64,000 nucleotides of DNA from NCBI RefSeq assembly GCF_000143415.4, contig NW_003314351.1, positions 355,501 through 419,500 of the forward strand, written 5' to 3'. Of this stretch, positions 47,163 to 59,229 are shown piece after piece (position 1 is the first letter of the stretch; each line of letters opens with the position of its first letter). A program made the translations under genes and the position numbers. The DNA comes from Selaginella moellendorffii. Its lineage: Eukaryota > Plantae > Lycopodiophyta. A model generated the notes under the pieces. It was not told where the DNA came from. It did not search any database and saw only the letters and a list, made by a program, of their open reading frames with translations.

Positions 47163-48323
47163 GTCTACCTCAAAGTCCTTACCAAAGTCTGGTAATGCCA
47201 ACACCGGAGCCTTCCTCAACTTCCCTTTGAGGTGGACGAATGCCGCCTCGCATTCCGCTGTCCATACCATCTTCCCTTTTCCCGTTTGATCCGTTAAGGG
47301 CAGGGCTACTCTCGAATAGTGTCTGATAAACTTTCGATAGTAGTTGCATAGCCCCAAGAACGCCCTCAACTCATGTACATTCGATGGTCGCTCCCATTCC
47401 TGGATCGCTTAGACCTTCTCCGGGTCCACCTTGAGCCCGTCCTGGCCCACCACATGCCCGAGAAACTTTACCTCTTGTTGAGCAAAGTCACATTTGCTCT
47501 CTTTAGCATACAGTTTATATTCCCTTAGTTTCTCAAACACCTTCGCCAAGTGTTCGGCATGCTCCTCTAGCGTCTCGCTATAGATCAGGATGTCGTCAAT
47601 ATAGACGACCACGAAGTGATCCAGATAGGGTACAAAGATGTGGTTCATCAACGCCGAAAACGTTGCCGGCGCATTGCACAGCCCAAAGGGCATCACCAAA
47701 AACTCAAAGCTCCCATACCTCGTTCGACAGGTTGTCTTCTCGACATCTTCCTTGGCTACCCTGATCTGGTAGTATCCTGACCTTAGGTCAATCCTCGAGA
47801 AGTATTTTGCCTTTCCCAACCTATCGAAGAGGTCCTCAATCCTTGGCAAAGGGTACTTGTTCTTCTTGGTATACTTGTTGAGCAACCGGTAGTCTATGCA
47901 CATGCGCATAGATTCATCTTTCTTTTTCACAAATAGCACCGGCGCCCCATATGGCGACTTGCTCAACCTAACATACCCTTTGTCCACCAACTCCTCTAGT
48001 TGGCGCTTGAGCTCCGCAAGTTCTTTTTCGTTCAATCGATAGGGTGGACGAACCACCGCCTCAGCACCCTCGACCAGCTCAATCTTATGTTCTATCGGTC
48101 GTGCGGGGGGCAACCATGCCGGTAGCTCCTCCGGCATGGTATCCTGGAATTGGTCCAACACCCGCTGGATCACTAAAGGTACTTCTTCTGTTCCTGTCTT
48201 TTTGTCACTTCTCACCGAGAGTAAGCACAAAAATGTAGCCTTGGTACCTTTAGTGAATTGTCCTCTTGTGGACACCAGGTTCAGGCATGAATCTTTAGCC
48301 TTGCATTGCCCTACCTTTAGATC

Positions 48324-49964
48324 CTAGGCCTCCACCCTGGATCTTCTTCCTTGGGCATTCGCCAATACCACAAGGTTCCTACCTTGTCCATGTAGGGCTA
48401 CCACGAACCGATTGAACCAATCCATTCCGAAGATCACGTCAAATCCCGCCATGTCCAACACGGTGAAATCCATGTCTACTTTCCATGTCCCTACTTCGAC
48501 TCTCGCTTGTCGAAGTACCTCATCGGTGCTTTGGCTACCTTGAACAAACTCTATAGTCCTTGGTTCGCCTAGCCGCTGCACCGTTAGTCCGGCTTGCCGG
48601 ACTATGTCTGCAGCCACAAAATTATCCGAAGCACCCGTGTCAATAAGGATCTTAACAAAGCTACCTTCGAGCTTCCCTCGGAGGGCTAGTAGATGTCGCG
48701 AACGACTCTCTACCAGAGTTGCTCGTGTAATGAGTAACTTTGAGTTAGGGACTGGATCACATACCTCAGTTTGGACTTCACCCGACTTGATGGCCATATT
48801 GGCTCTGGCCTTCTTCGGGTAGGGACATTCCCTCGAGAAGTGTCCCGCTTCACCGCAGTTGTAGCATACGTTGTTTCCCACGTTGCTATATGACTTGACC
48901 TTCTTATCCGTGGGTTTGTCTCTTTTCGCTTGACTCCCCCACGTACTTGCTCGCTGGCCACTGGATTTGCCTTTCCGGAACCCCGAGGACTCATTCTTAG
49001 AGAAACTCTTCTTGAATTTCCCCCTGCTATATGTTCCCCTTGGTTTGGCCCCTTTGCTAAACGTGGATCCCGACCCCGTCATGTTCCCCTTTCGCAGGTT
49101 ATCGTTGAAATGCACCTTGATGGCCGCATCCAACGCTTCCTTGTAGTTGGTCGGGTTCCAGCGCATCACCTCACCGCGAGCCCAGGTTTGCAAACCTGAT
49201 ATGAAGGCATGGAACGCATCCATATCCCCCATGTCCATGACAAGTATCCTCTTTGCCATGAACCCATTCACATATTCCTGGATGGTTCCAGTCTGCTTCA
49301 GCCTACTCAGTTCATCCCTCAGATGCAGAGTGGCATTCGGAGGAACATATGTTGCGCGGATCCTCGCCTTCATCATGTCCCAAGTGACCACCGGTCCTTC
49401 GTTGGCCTCCGTTGTTCTCCACCAAGACTTGGCATTATCTGCCAAGTATGGTTTTGCACATGGGACCTTCTCCGAGCTCGGTAACCGCAACGCTCGGAAG
49501 TAGTCCTCCATATCGTAAAACCAATCCTCCACCACCTTATAGTCATTCACTCCCTTGAAGACCGGTGGGGGCTTTGGTTTGTACTTGGGAACTGCCTGAG
49601 GGACTGATTCCACTTCAGTCTGTTCGACCTTGTCTGGTTTTGCCTCAGTCCCTGCCGAAGGGTCCGCACCTTCTGCGCTGCCAGCATCCGCAGTCTTTCG
49701 CCTTTTCTTCCGCTTCTCGTCACGCTTTAGCTTGCGTACGAGAGTCTCCAGCAGGGCATTGGTCTGTGCCGATTGACCTTCTAGAACGTCCAATCGAGCT
49801 TTGGACGACCGAACCTCGCCACCGAACTCCTGTTTGGAAGTTTCCTCACTGGAGTCCTCCTCATGCAAGGATTCCTCATCCATAGCCTCTTGTTCGACCG
49901 GAGGCTCCAGCTCTGGCGGAGGTTCCGTCTCCGCCTGGGTTCGCTTACGCCCTGCCCTTGCCAT
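48324..49964 (-). CDS. Gag-protease ORF of C2, 546 aa
   Basis: YLADNAKSWW, CCHC knuckle CYNCGEAGHFSREC, protease LIDTGAS...DVIFGMDW. Confidence 0.92.
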   Translation of the reverse strand: MARAGRKRTQAETEPPPELEPPVEQEAMDEESLHEEDSSEETSKQEFGGEVRSSKARLDVLEGQSAQTNALLETLVRKLKRDEKRKKRRKTADAGSAEGADPSAGTEAKPDKVEQTEVESVPQAVPKYKPKPPPVFKGVNDYKVVEDWFYDMEDYFRALRLPSSEKVPCAKPYLADNAKSWWRTTEANEGPVVTWDMMKARIRATYVPPNATLHLRDELSRLKQTGTIQEYVNGFMAKRILVMDMGDMDAFHAFISGLQTWARGEVMRWNPTNYKEALDAAIKVHFNDNLRKGNMTGSGSTFSKGAKPRGTYSRGKFKKSFSKNESSGFRKGKSSGQRASTWGSQAKRDKPTDKKVKSYSNVGNNVCYNCGEAGHFSRECPYPKKARANMAIKSGEVQTEVCDPVPNSKLLITRATLVESRSRHLLALRGKLEGSFVKILIDTGASDNFVAADIVRQAGLTVQRLGEPRTIEFVQGSQSTDEVLRQARVEVGTWKVDMDFTVLDMAGFDVIFGMDWFNRFVVALHGQGRNLVVLANAQGRRSRVEA

Positions 49965-51898
49965 CTCCCAGCAATCCGCCTCTATCCTTCGCTAGAACTG
50001 AGGAAAAGGCTCCGATACCAAATTGTAAGCCACAAATTTTTCCTTTCCAATTTGCCAGCTTACCTCGTCTATCCGTCCAACACCGCCTTGGCCTTTGCTA
50101 AGTTCCCTTGCCAAGGTTCTCACCTATGGTACCAGCTCCTACTTGGTCTCAGCTACTTACTGCACGAGCAACGGAGTGTTAGCCATCCATCTATGGATTC
50201 CCAAATCACTCCCAATCCCCCTCCCCGGGTTAGACTGGACTTAAGGTTCGGCTTCACTCCCCGCAAGCACAAGCAGCCAAGCACACCAAGCTTCCAGGTT
50301 CCTAACATCCCTTGGTACCACAAGACTTGATCATGGGACCCTCTAAATCCCAAGTCTTGAGTGCAACACTTGCTTCGGGACGCCGGGGCGAAACACTGTG
50401 GCCTAGCGGCCCGGTATGGGTACCTCTCGCCCCTCACTTCCATCCCGAAGGAAGGCCCAAGCCCCTAGGAAGGGCGAGGACCAATGAGCCGCATGGTACT
50501 CAAGTGGGGCACCACTCCACATGAGCCGGGAGCACCGCAATCGGTTTCCCTTTCGGGAGTGGAGCTGCTCTTGAGCACTTCCTTGGATGGCCCCTCCGGC
50601 ACCAGCCAAGTCCATGCTCACTCCCACCCAAGGCCCCTCGGTCCCAGTCCCAACCTCAAGTCGGTTTGGAAGCCCAACTGGAGAGTCCCTTCAAAACTGG
50701 TTCCTGGACCTCACTATCCCTACTATACTTTTGGAACCCCCTGCAGCCCCCCGCCCCCCCCCTTGGGAGACGCACGCTTTGGGTCACCCCTTGACCCGTA
50801 TTAGTATTTGGACTTAGTCTCTGGCTCGATCTCGGACCCGATTTCGGATCCGACTTCGGATTCGGTCTCAGACTCGATCTCGGACTCTATCTCGAACTCG
50901 GTCTCCGAGTCGGTCTTGGACTCAATCTTCGACTTGGTCCCATCCGATAAACTCTTTGTCATTTTGGTCATGCTTTTGGGGTTCCTTTAGCCTACGACAC
51001 CTCGGCGAGTTGGTTCCTTACAGCTTGGTGAAGTGTTCAAGAGCCGGCTCTAGTTCCCTCGGGAGATCGACTGGCTGATGCTCCCAGTCCAGGTGTGGGT
51101 GGCACTACCTACTTGGATACCTGGTGTGGCTCAACGGAACCTCACTCTAAACCCATGGCTAGAGCACCCAAAGGCAGAAGGCGAGGAGAGTACCCACGAG
51201 GCTCGCGTAGGGCCACGGTGTTCCAAAATGTTGCCCCAAAGTCCCAGACTATGGAAAGGAAGAGGAGTAGCCCTCTAGTATGGTGACAAGGGACACAGTC
51301 ACACCGTGAGGAAGTCCCAGAGGACTGTTGGACTTAGTCATTGGGCCTGTGGGCCTTGATCCAGTGGCAGTGTTGGTGAACACGGCCATGGACAGGAAGG
51401 GACTTGGTGGGGACCGAAAAGGAGATATTGGGAAAGGCTATTCCCCATGTCTGCAGACATCCTAAGGATGCTATAGAGTGGATCTGGGATAGCCACTCAT
51501 GGATGGATGGCCTAGTCTTTGAGAGACGGGATTGTAATACAGGTGGTGTTGAACCACCGGGGTGACCAAGGTGAATGGGCATGGCCTTAGCGTAACGGGC
51601 CGATATGTCGGTGGTACCTTGGGGTGTCGGTCATGGGATCGGACACGTGGAGCACTTAGACCAAGTGCAAAGGTTGAGTGGCATGGATGCCATTCTCGGG
51701 GCTAGCAAGCCCCAAGTCCTAACTGGGATTTATAGAGGTTGTGAATGAGACTCCTCCAAGTGGTCGGAGGTGTGGTTAAGTGACTAAAGTAAAATGGAAA
51801 AATTAGTCGCTTACACGTATATTGAGACTAATCCCTCAATATCACTGGATGATAGCTTATTGACTTGTCCCAGAGACTAACTCTTGGTACTAAGGGAG

Positions 51899-53051
51899 GT
51901 TCTGCGTCTGGCTTGGGTCTAAGCCCAAGTTCCATTCCATGCTAATTGGTGGAATACCCATATCCTTGCGTTATGCCACCGGTATGCTGAAATAGCACCA
52001 AACTCCATTTGGCTCCGTTTTGTATGCTGGTCCTAGCATAGGGATGTTGGATACTCTAGAACTGTTCCAAATCATTTTGTGCTCTTATCCCTTCACTCCT
52101 TGGGTTGTATGCTTAGGAGTCGTTCCATACTCCAGTGCCATTGCTCCTTGGTTCCATGTTTGGAAGTTTGGCACCATTCCTTCATTTAATGGCCTAAGGC
52201 CTTGAAATTTGGGTTCCACACAACTATCCTTTAGACACATGGCATGTGACACGTGGCACATGACATGTCACACATGGAGGGTTTAGAGGGTTTAAATTCT
52301 GCTTCTGTGGTTATCCTATGGTAAAGCACCATAGGATAAAGGGTAAAAATCACATGCGCTACAAATGGTCAAGCAAAAGCAACAAACAAAACATTGAAGA
52401 CCATCCTCAAGAAAGTCATCAATGATTCCGGCAAAGACTAGGATGAAAAACTTCTTGACGTACTTTGGGCCTATCGAACTGCGTATAAAGTCACCACCGA
52501 CATGATGCCATTAAAACTCGCCTTTGGAACAGAAGCCATCACGCCAATTGAATTCATCGTCCCGAGCATGCGAGTCACCGTCAAGTATAATCTCAACATG
52601 CAATTTGAGAAAGGCTTCAACAACTCGAATGTCTTGACGAGCTTCAACCCAACGCCCTCTAGACACTTCACACCATCCAAAAACAGCAAAAAGCTCAGCA
52701 TGATCGACAAGCATCCCGGCACAACATTCCGAAATACAGCATCAACGATCATGTTCTCTAGTACCAAGGACCCATCAGCCAAACTCCCAAACATGGAACC
52801 AAGGAGCAATGGCACTGGAGTACAGAACGACTCCCGAGCATACAGCCCAAGGAGTGAAGGGATAAAAGCACGGAATGACTTGGAACAGTTCTAGAGTATC
52901 CAGCATCCCTATGCTAAGACGAACACACAAAATGGAGCCAAATGGAGTCTGGCACTATTTCAGCATACCGGTGGCATAACGCAAGGATATGGGTATTCCA
53001 CCAACTAACATGGAATGGAACTTGGGCTTAGACATAAGTTGGACGCAGAAC
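51899..53051. repeat. Imperfect inverted repeat, arms ~51899-52172 and ~52777-53051
   Basis: For example tatccttgcgttatgccaccggtatgctgaaatag versus ctatttcagcataccggtggcataacgcaaggata. Confidence 0.9.
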
Positions 53052-53429
53052 AAAAATAGGCACACAAGCAAGAGTGAGACTATGCCTCAGGTTGGTCAAC
53101 CATGCCCGAACTACCCACTATCCCTACTATACATTTGGAACCCCCTGAAATACAACGTCAACGATCATATTCTCTGGTACCAGGGACCCATCGGCAAACT
53201 CGGCTGGAAACTCCACACCAACTGGAAAGGACCTTTCAAAATCATTGCACTCTACCCCAATGGCACTGTCAAAGTCAGCACACTCGCTGAAGACTTCACT
53301 GAGATCGTCAACCTCAACAAGCTTCGACCATATCACGTTGTTCAGCATCAGCACCTCAGCAAATTTCCAACCAGAACCGACAAACATCTTGAAACCAACA
53401 ATCGACAATCACCGGTAGCCAAACTTTAA
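52330..53429 (+). mobile_element. Athila/Tat-like integrase remnant interrupted by the right arm of the inverted repeat
   Basis: NGQAKATNKTLKTILKK, DVLWAYRTAYK, LAFGTEAITPIE, WKGPF. Confidence 0.8.
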
Positions 53430-54565
53430 CTCAACCCAGTTAGACGCAACTCAACTCGACTCAACACGAACTCATCCACCAACTTCAGCAACAAACAGTA
53501 GCAAAAATCTATAAGTTCCAAGCTACCGTTGGATCAACACCACCTCAGCAGATATCAACAGTTGAACTTGAGTTAACTTCATCAGCAATATCCACCATTG
53601 ATCTTCAATCAAGCCAAGTCAAACCAAATCAATTCGGTCAACAAATCTCTACCATTTATCACCAGCAATCGAGCGCCACATGATCAGCCTACCAACAGGT
53701 CTCAAGAACCCTAACAGGGCAAGCACTTTGATCTGAAGAGAAAGATGCCAGCTCATCCACCCTGGCACCTCAGATACGTCACACACCATATTCCTAGGCT
53801 TCCCAGCAACGACATAGCCACTTGGCTCAAGGACAATGGATTCTAGCTCCAGCCATCAACAAGCCGATTATCTGGTCGAATATCAAGATGGTTCCTTTTA
53901 CTACAAGAATACAACTTCGAAATCGTCCACAAACCCGGCAAAAATCACTAGCAAGCAGATTATTACAATTATCAACATGTCTAAGTGCACATACAAAAGG
54001 GTCTGGGAGAATGCTCTAATCCTGAATATTACTGTCCGCATGGTTTCTCACCACACCTCTTCAACATTTCTCCTCCATAGTACGACTGTTAACTTAACGT
54101 CGACACGGGGGACAATTTCAGAATCCAATCGCTTCAATCTCCTTGTATTGTCCACAGCCAGTGTCAGACATAGTGCAGCCTTCTCTTTGCTTAATCTTTG
54201 TTAAATTATAATTGGAGAAAATGTGATCTAAGCCAGAATTTCTTTCTTGCTTTCTTACTTTATTCTGATTCATGTTGTGTTCCCATTGTACTTCTAAATT
54301 CACAAAAGACCTGCTCGTTCTTGCGCCTCTATTTGACGTCGATGCTGGCGACCAAGATACTTTTCCAGCCCAACCTCAAAGAATCGGTTTCTTCAAGGAC
54401 CTGCCCTACTTTCCTATCGATCCAGAGGAAGATACAATATTTCTCCTACACTCCATCACAAATTGCATGGCGAGTAACTTCGGACATTGACACCGGCCCC
54501 TCCAAGGAGGGACATTCCTTATTCATTCATAATAGTAATGCCCATAACTAGTTTCAGCAACTAGA

Positions 54566-55404
54566 CTAGACAGGCAGAGCGATACCCCCTGCAGCGCAGA
54601 GATCAGCTCCGGTGTTGCGATCGTAGAGACTGCAGCCCTCTTTCATGTCCTCGCAGCTGCGGCGTGCATTCCTGCAAGACTGCAGGGTGGTGCCCTGAAA
54701 AGTTACAGACTTGGTACAAATGGACACTCTGGGCAGGCAAACGAGGGCGCAAACCCCCATGGGGTCTTCAGTAGGCAGGCAGGTGCTGTTTGCGGATGGA
54801 TTCTCCAAGTAGATGCAACCGGATTTCCCGAAGCAGCAACCACAGTTATCTTTGGAGACCTCGGCATTGCAGACCTCCACAATCGAATCAAGCTTACACT
54901 TCCTTCCTGCCATGAGCTCTATCGGAGAGGGCTGAGCTTCCTGAACATAATGAACAAGGCGGTTACCTTGATCTGTGCCCTGCTGCTCCAGCCGCGGGAT
55001 GGGGTCACCGTTAACGATGTTGTAGTAACCGCATCCAGGTTGTCGGGGTGGGAGTTTTCCCTTGAGCACCTTGATGCCTGATGTTGGGAATCCTGATGAA
55101 GGCAATGGGCATACGGCCAACTTCGGACCTTGGCACTCCCGGGTACAAGCCCTTGAATCACCGCCAATGCAAGTGACTTGTCCTGAACCAGGTTGCAGAT
55201 AGACACAACCTTTCTTCAGACTACAGCAGTTGCTGCAATCGGTATAGGTGAGGTCACCATTGCAAACCTCGACGACACCACCTTGAGCAGCTGCAAGAAC
55301 AGGAGTCCGAGTTAGAATCGAACATACAAGTGGAGATCTCTCTCACAGGATAACGAGGCCAACAGAAGAAGAACGAGCACGGGGAGATTGCCGCTTCCAG
55401 CCAT
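54566..55404 (-). CDS. Pin-II proteinase inhibitor copy B, 260 aa. Exon 1 55404-55347, intron 55346-55291, exon 2 55290-54566
   Basis: Same structure as copy A. The 5-bp deletion lies in the intron, so the frame is intact. Confidence 0.88.
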
Positions 55405-58069
55405 ACTTCTCTATTGCAGATCTGATGGGCTTTTGAAGTCCAGCATTGGTGCTTTAGAAATGTTCAAAACGTGTGTCCTTGACACAATGGATATCTTAAT
55501 GCAGTAAGATAAGCCCTCTCACCACGGATGTGACGGGCGAGCTGAATGTCCTTTGGCAATGCCAAAGGACATCTAATGCCAAATTGGCATTAGATAGTGG
55601 CTTGCTTTGCGAAGATTCACCGGTAAAATGCGGGAACAATGCCCAGTCTCAGCACAAAAACAAATATCAGCTCCAGTGTTGCAAACGTAGAGATTGCAGC
55701 CCTTGATAGAATGAGCGGACCGAAGCTGGAGAGCCTAGGCCTGAAAAACGATCAGGCACGGTTGCAAGGGTGCAGGGTAACAAGTTGCATACGGTGGCAA
55801 TTTATTTTGGAAAAATGCTCGTCTCGACCATTTTGATTTTTTATATTCATTTTCTGATATTGTCTGTATTGAAAACATATATGCCACTAGCAACCCTTGT
55901 ACCAGGGGTGCTACCCCGATCGATTTTTTGCTCTTAGGCAGGGAAAGCTGGATTACTCCTGTGTTGAGAGCTCATAAAATAGAGTAAATGGCAGCATCTG
56001 TTAGAACTAAGCTGAACATGCACACAACCAAGGCAGGTAGCTCACTGGTAGAGCACCTGGCACCGGTGTAGAAGGTCCTGCCTGTCCAACCATTTTCCAA
56101 CAGCATCCATCCCTCCAGCTGGCTGAAAGTTTGGATCCCAGGACCATTTTGCACTAACAATGCAAACTTTAATTGAACCAGGCCATGGGGAAGAGTCAAC
56201 CATTGAACCCAATCATGATCAATAACAAGGACTCGACGCAAAGAGTTTCTTCAATTCTCATATTGGTGTTGGTACAGTGGTTCACATTGAGTTGGTAGCT
56301 TCCCAGACAACTTGTTTGGTTGCTGCTAAAGTTCCTTGATGGAACACTGCCTTCAAACCTGTTGTTGGTCGCATTGGAGCTGAAATTTTTGGAAGGCTCA
56401 CCCGAGAAGATGGCCTCCCAGTTTGTTGGAGTTTAACAGAAGTATGCTCGGAAAGCTGAGAGGAATGCTGCCTTGTAGGTGACTAATATCTGCCGAATCT
56501 CAGGAGAGCTGAACAAGCTAGAAGCAGTTAGAGAGTTCCTAATCCCTGCAAGCTGGAATAGTTGGTTTATGAATATCTATCAAATCCATCAAATCCAATG
56601 CACCTTCACTGAAAATGTCAACACAGTGAGCCATTTCCTCCAAACACAGTAGGTGTAATGGGACCAATGTTGTACTTGGCACTGTCCATAAACCATGGCT
56701 ACAACAAAATAGCAATCGTTGGCATTGCTTTGGCTTGTACATGTGATCTGAAATATGTCCTGCCAGCCCACGAGAGAACGAGCTTTTTAAATGCTTGAAA
56801 ACGTTTACTGTTTGGAACGTACATAGGATGAAGTTATCGCCTCTGACGGTGAATCCAAAGCCCTCTCTCCAGATTGTCGCGAGTTTTACAAGTTCCCAGC
56901 AAGACACAACCTCACTGGCTGGACGAATCCAGAGCATGGCCCGTGGTGATTCGGCCTCTTTTGTTTTGCGTGGTTTACTCCCAAAGCCGGAGATCAACTT
57001 TCATGCTGGGAAGCTGGCCGGTGTAACCTTGGGGACGGTGTCTGGTGACGAGTTATTGCAGGGGCCGAGCCTGACCGAATCAACTGGTAAGCTAGAAGTT
57101 TTTTTCGTATTTAAGTATTCGCTGACTGATACTTTATTCCAGCGGCTTCGACATGGTCCGTAGCCAACGCCACGGCATTTGGACAGTGGATACAGAGCAG
57201 AGGCTCCATCTCTCCCGTTGCATCCGGCTACGTCATCTCCGGCCCGACCACAGCTCTACGAGCCGAGGTTGTTCATGTTTCCATGGAGGAGGAATGGCCG
57301 AGGACGCTCCAGAACGGTCTCGTAGCACACTTCGGCTCCTCCAAGGCTCGAGACAGGAGATGCAAGGGATGCGTCTGGGTGGGAATGGCTTGTGTGACAA
57401 CGCCGGTAGTAGCAGCAGTGTGGGCACAGGGAAGCCAGGGAGCAGCAGCGGCATCAAGCTGCAAATCCGCTACGTTCTAGAGCAACTTGGAGCGGAATTT
57501 TATGGCCTCTCGTGGCTGACCATCAGTCCCATGTATCTCCACCGGCATCCAGTGCTGCCTTACCACTGCGGCGTAGTGCTGCGGCTGGAGAAGCTACTGT
57601 ATTACCCGAAGGCACCACCGCCGCCGCCGCCGCCGCCGCCGTTATGATTATGTACATACGATGTTTAAAACGATAGTATAAATATACGTATTCTTATTAA
57701 GCAAAGGGAAGATTAAAAAAAAAGAGTTTAGCCTTTGTTCTTTAACCATCTCTTCTTGTTGAGCATACAATGGCGGACTCAAGGGGCTCTTTTCCAGACG
57801 TATCACGCTAAACCAGTTAAAGACCGATCGATGCTTAACCTCACAACAATGCACAGCCATATTTCTTGCTGATATCGGTTCTAAGCCAAGGCGCATTGGC
57901 CAATGTCGCATTGCTGGATTCCTACCACTTTCGATGAAACTGCATTCTCTCTCGATCAGCCAAAACACCAAGCTATCTTTTAAAATAAAATAATAGAAAT
58001 TATAAGAATTAAATTTCAGAGGATACCCAACAAAGTAGGAGTAATATAATTGTTGATAATCTTGGAAGA

Positions 58070-58978
58070 AACCTCATAAAAATGTTAAACCATCAAAAGA
58101 TAAATGTGCACTTGGATTATCACATAGTGTACCATTTTGTGTTCCGCATCCACATAATATTGGATTGTTGCAATGGAAATCATCTCCTGGTGCACTGCAA
58201 CAAGCCACTTTATAAGTTTTAAATCCATATTGATCCATATTTCATAAGCTCAGTGCGTGCAGAGAACCAATCAAAATAGTATAGTTCAATATCATCGTTC
58301 TGATTTTTAATATCATTCACGATATCCAAAATAGCTTAATAATATTTGTATATTGCATACCCCCAATATCAACAAACTCTTATAAATAGCCACGAGAACA
58401 ATCTTGACGAGGAAGATTCATCACCAGAAAATGTTTGGCACCAGAATTATATAAATCCATAATACTAGATTTAATGCCAGCCACCACAGATGGAATTGAT
58501 ATTTTCCATATTGCATACCATAATTAGGATTATTACCAATATAATAAAGTGCTTTATCTTTATGAAGTTGTAATATTGTTTATGTCATAGAAAACCTGAA
58601 ACTTGCGTAGATAAAACATGAGAACAGAAGTATTATAATACTAGTTGGACGAACAGTCACTCCAAATTCAAGCCCATAAAATAAGTTCCATTGTAAGTCA
58701 AGCTAGGACGCTCAAAATCTCCAAGCTTGAGAGAACAAGCTAGATAATCAATACAAATATATCCATCCCCTGTGGCTTTTCCAAGTGTCACTCAATATGG
58801 CAAATTTCCAGAGAGACTAAAAGCGCCAGCAGCAATTGCTTCAAGGTTGCGGTTGCCAGTATCAGAGAGTGAATCAGTAAAGCTAAAGATTGCTGAGGAA
58901 CACAAGTGCCATTGAATTTTTTGGCACTATCACCACCTTTGAATCAAGGAGAATTGAAAAGAATGAACGGAAAGCCAT
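58070..58978 (-). pseudogene. GDSL esterase/lipase pseudogene copy B
   Basis: Same lesions as 4840-5749. Confidence 0.87.
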
Positions 58979-59229
58979 GGAAAAAACAAAAAAGACTTGA
59001 TGAAAACAATGACCTTATATATGCCATTTTTATCTGAAATGTTGATATTTTTGTGGGAATAATCTTTAAAATATATATTTCTTTCTATACTAGTAACATA
59101 GGATTAAATGGCGATGGCGTTCCAGGACAAAACGTAATAGTTATATAATAGATACCCTTTTCCCATGTCAGCCTTTCTAAAGGCTGCCATTCCAAATGCT
59201 ACAAAATGACCACTATCCGCTAGCTAGAA

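Larger units (their letters stand above)
42885..51022 (-). mobile_element. Family C chromovirus copy C2: 3' LTR 42885-43981, 5' LTR 50024-51022, iMet PBS
   Basis: gag-PR 49964-48324, RT (YIDD), RH split by the TRIM, INT, classical chromodomain YEVEAIL...VKWKGF...TWEPEENL. Confidence 0.95.
30709..51815 (+). mobile_element. Family D large non-autonomous LTR element (LARD-like). 5' LTR 30709-32429, non-coding interior, 3' LTR split into 36481-37379 and 51023-51815
   Basis: tgtgagacac...cttaca LTRs; PBS TGGTATCGGAGC at 32433; PPT tatgggtggtggagt before 36481; no long ORF in the 4-kb interior. Confidence 0.88.
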
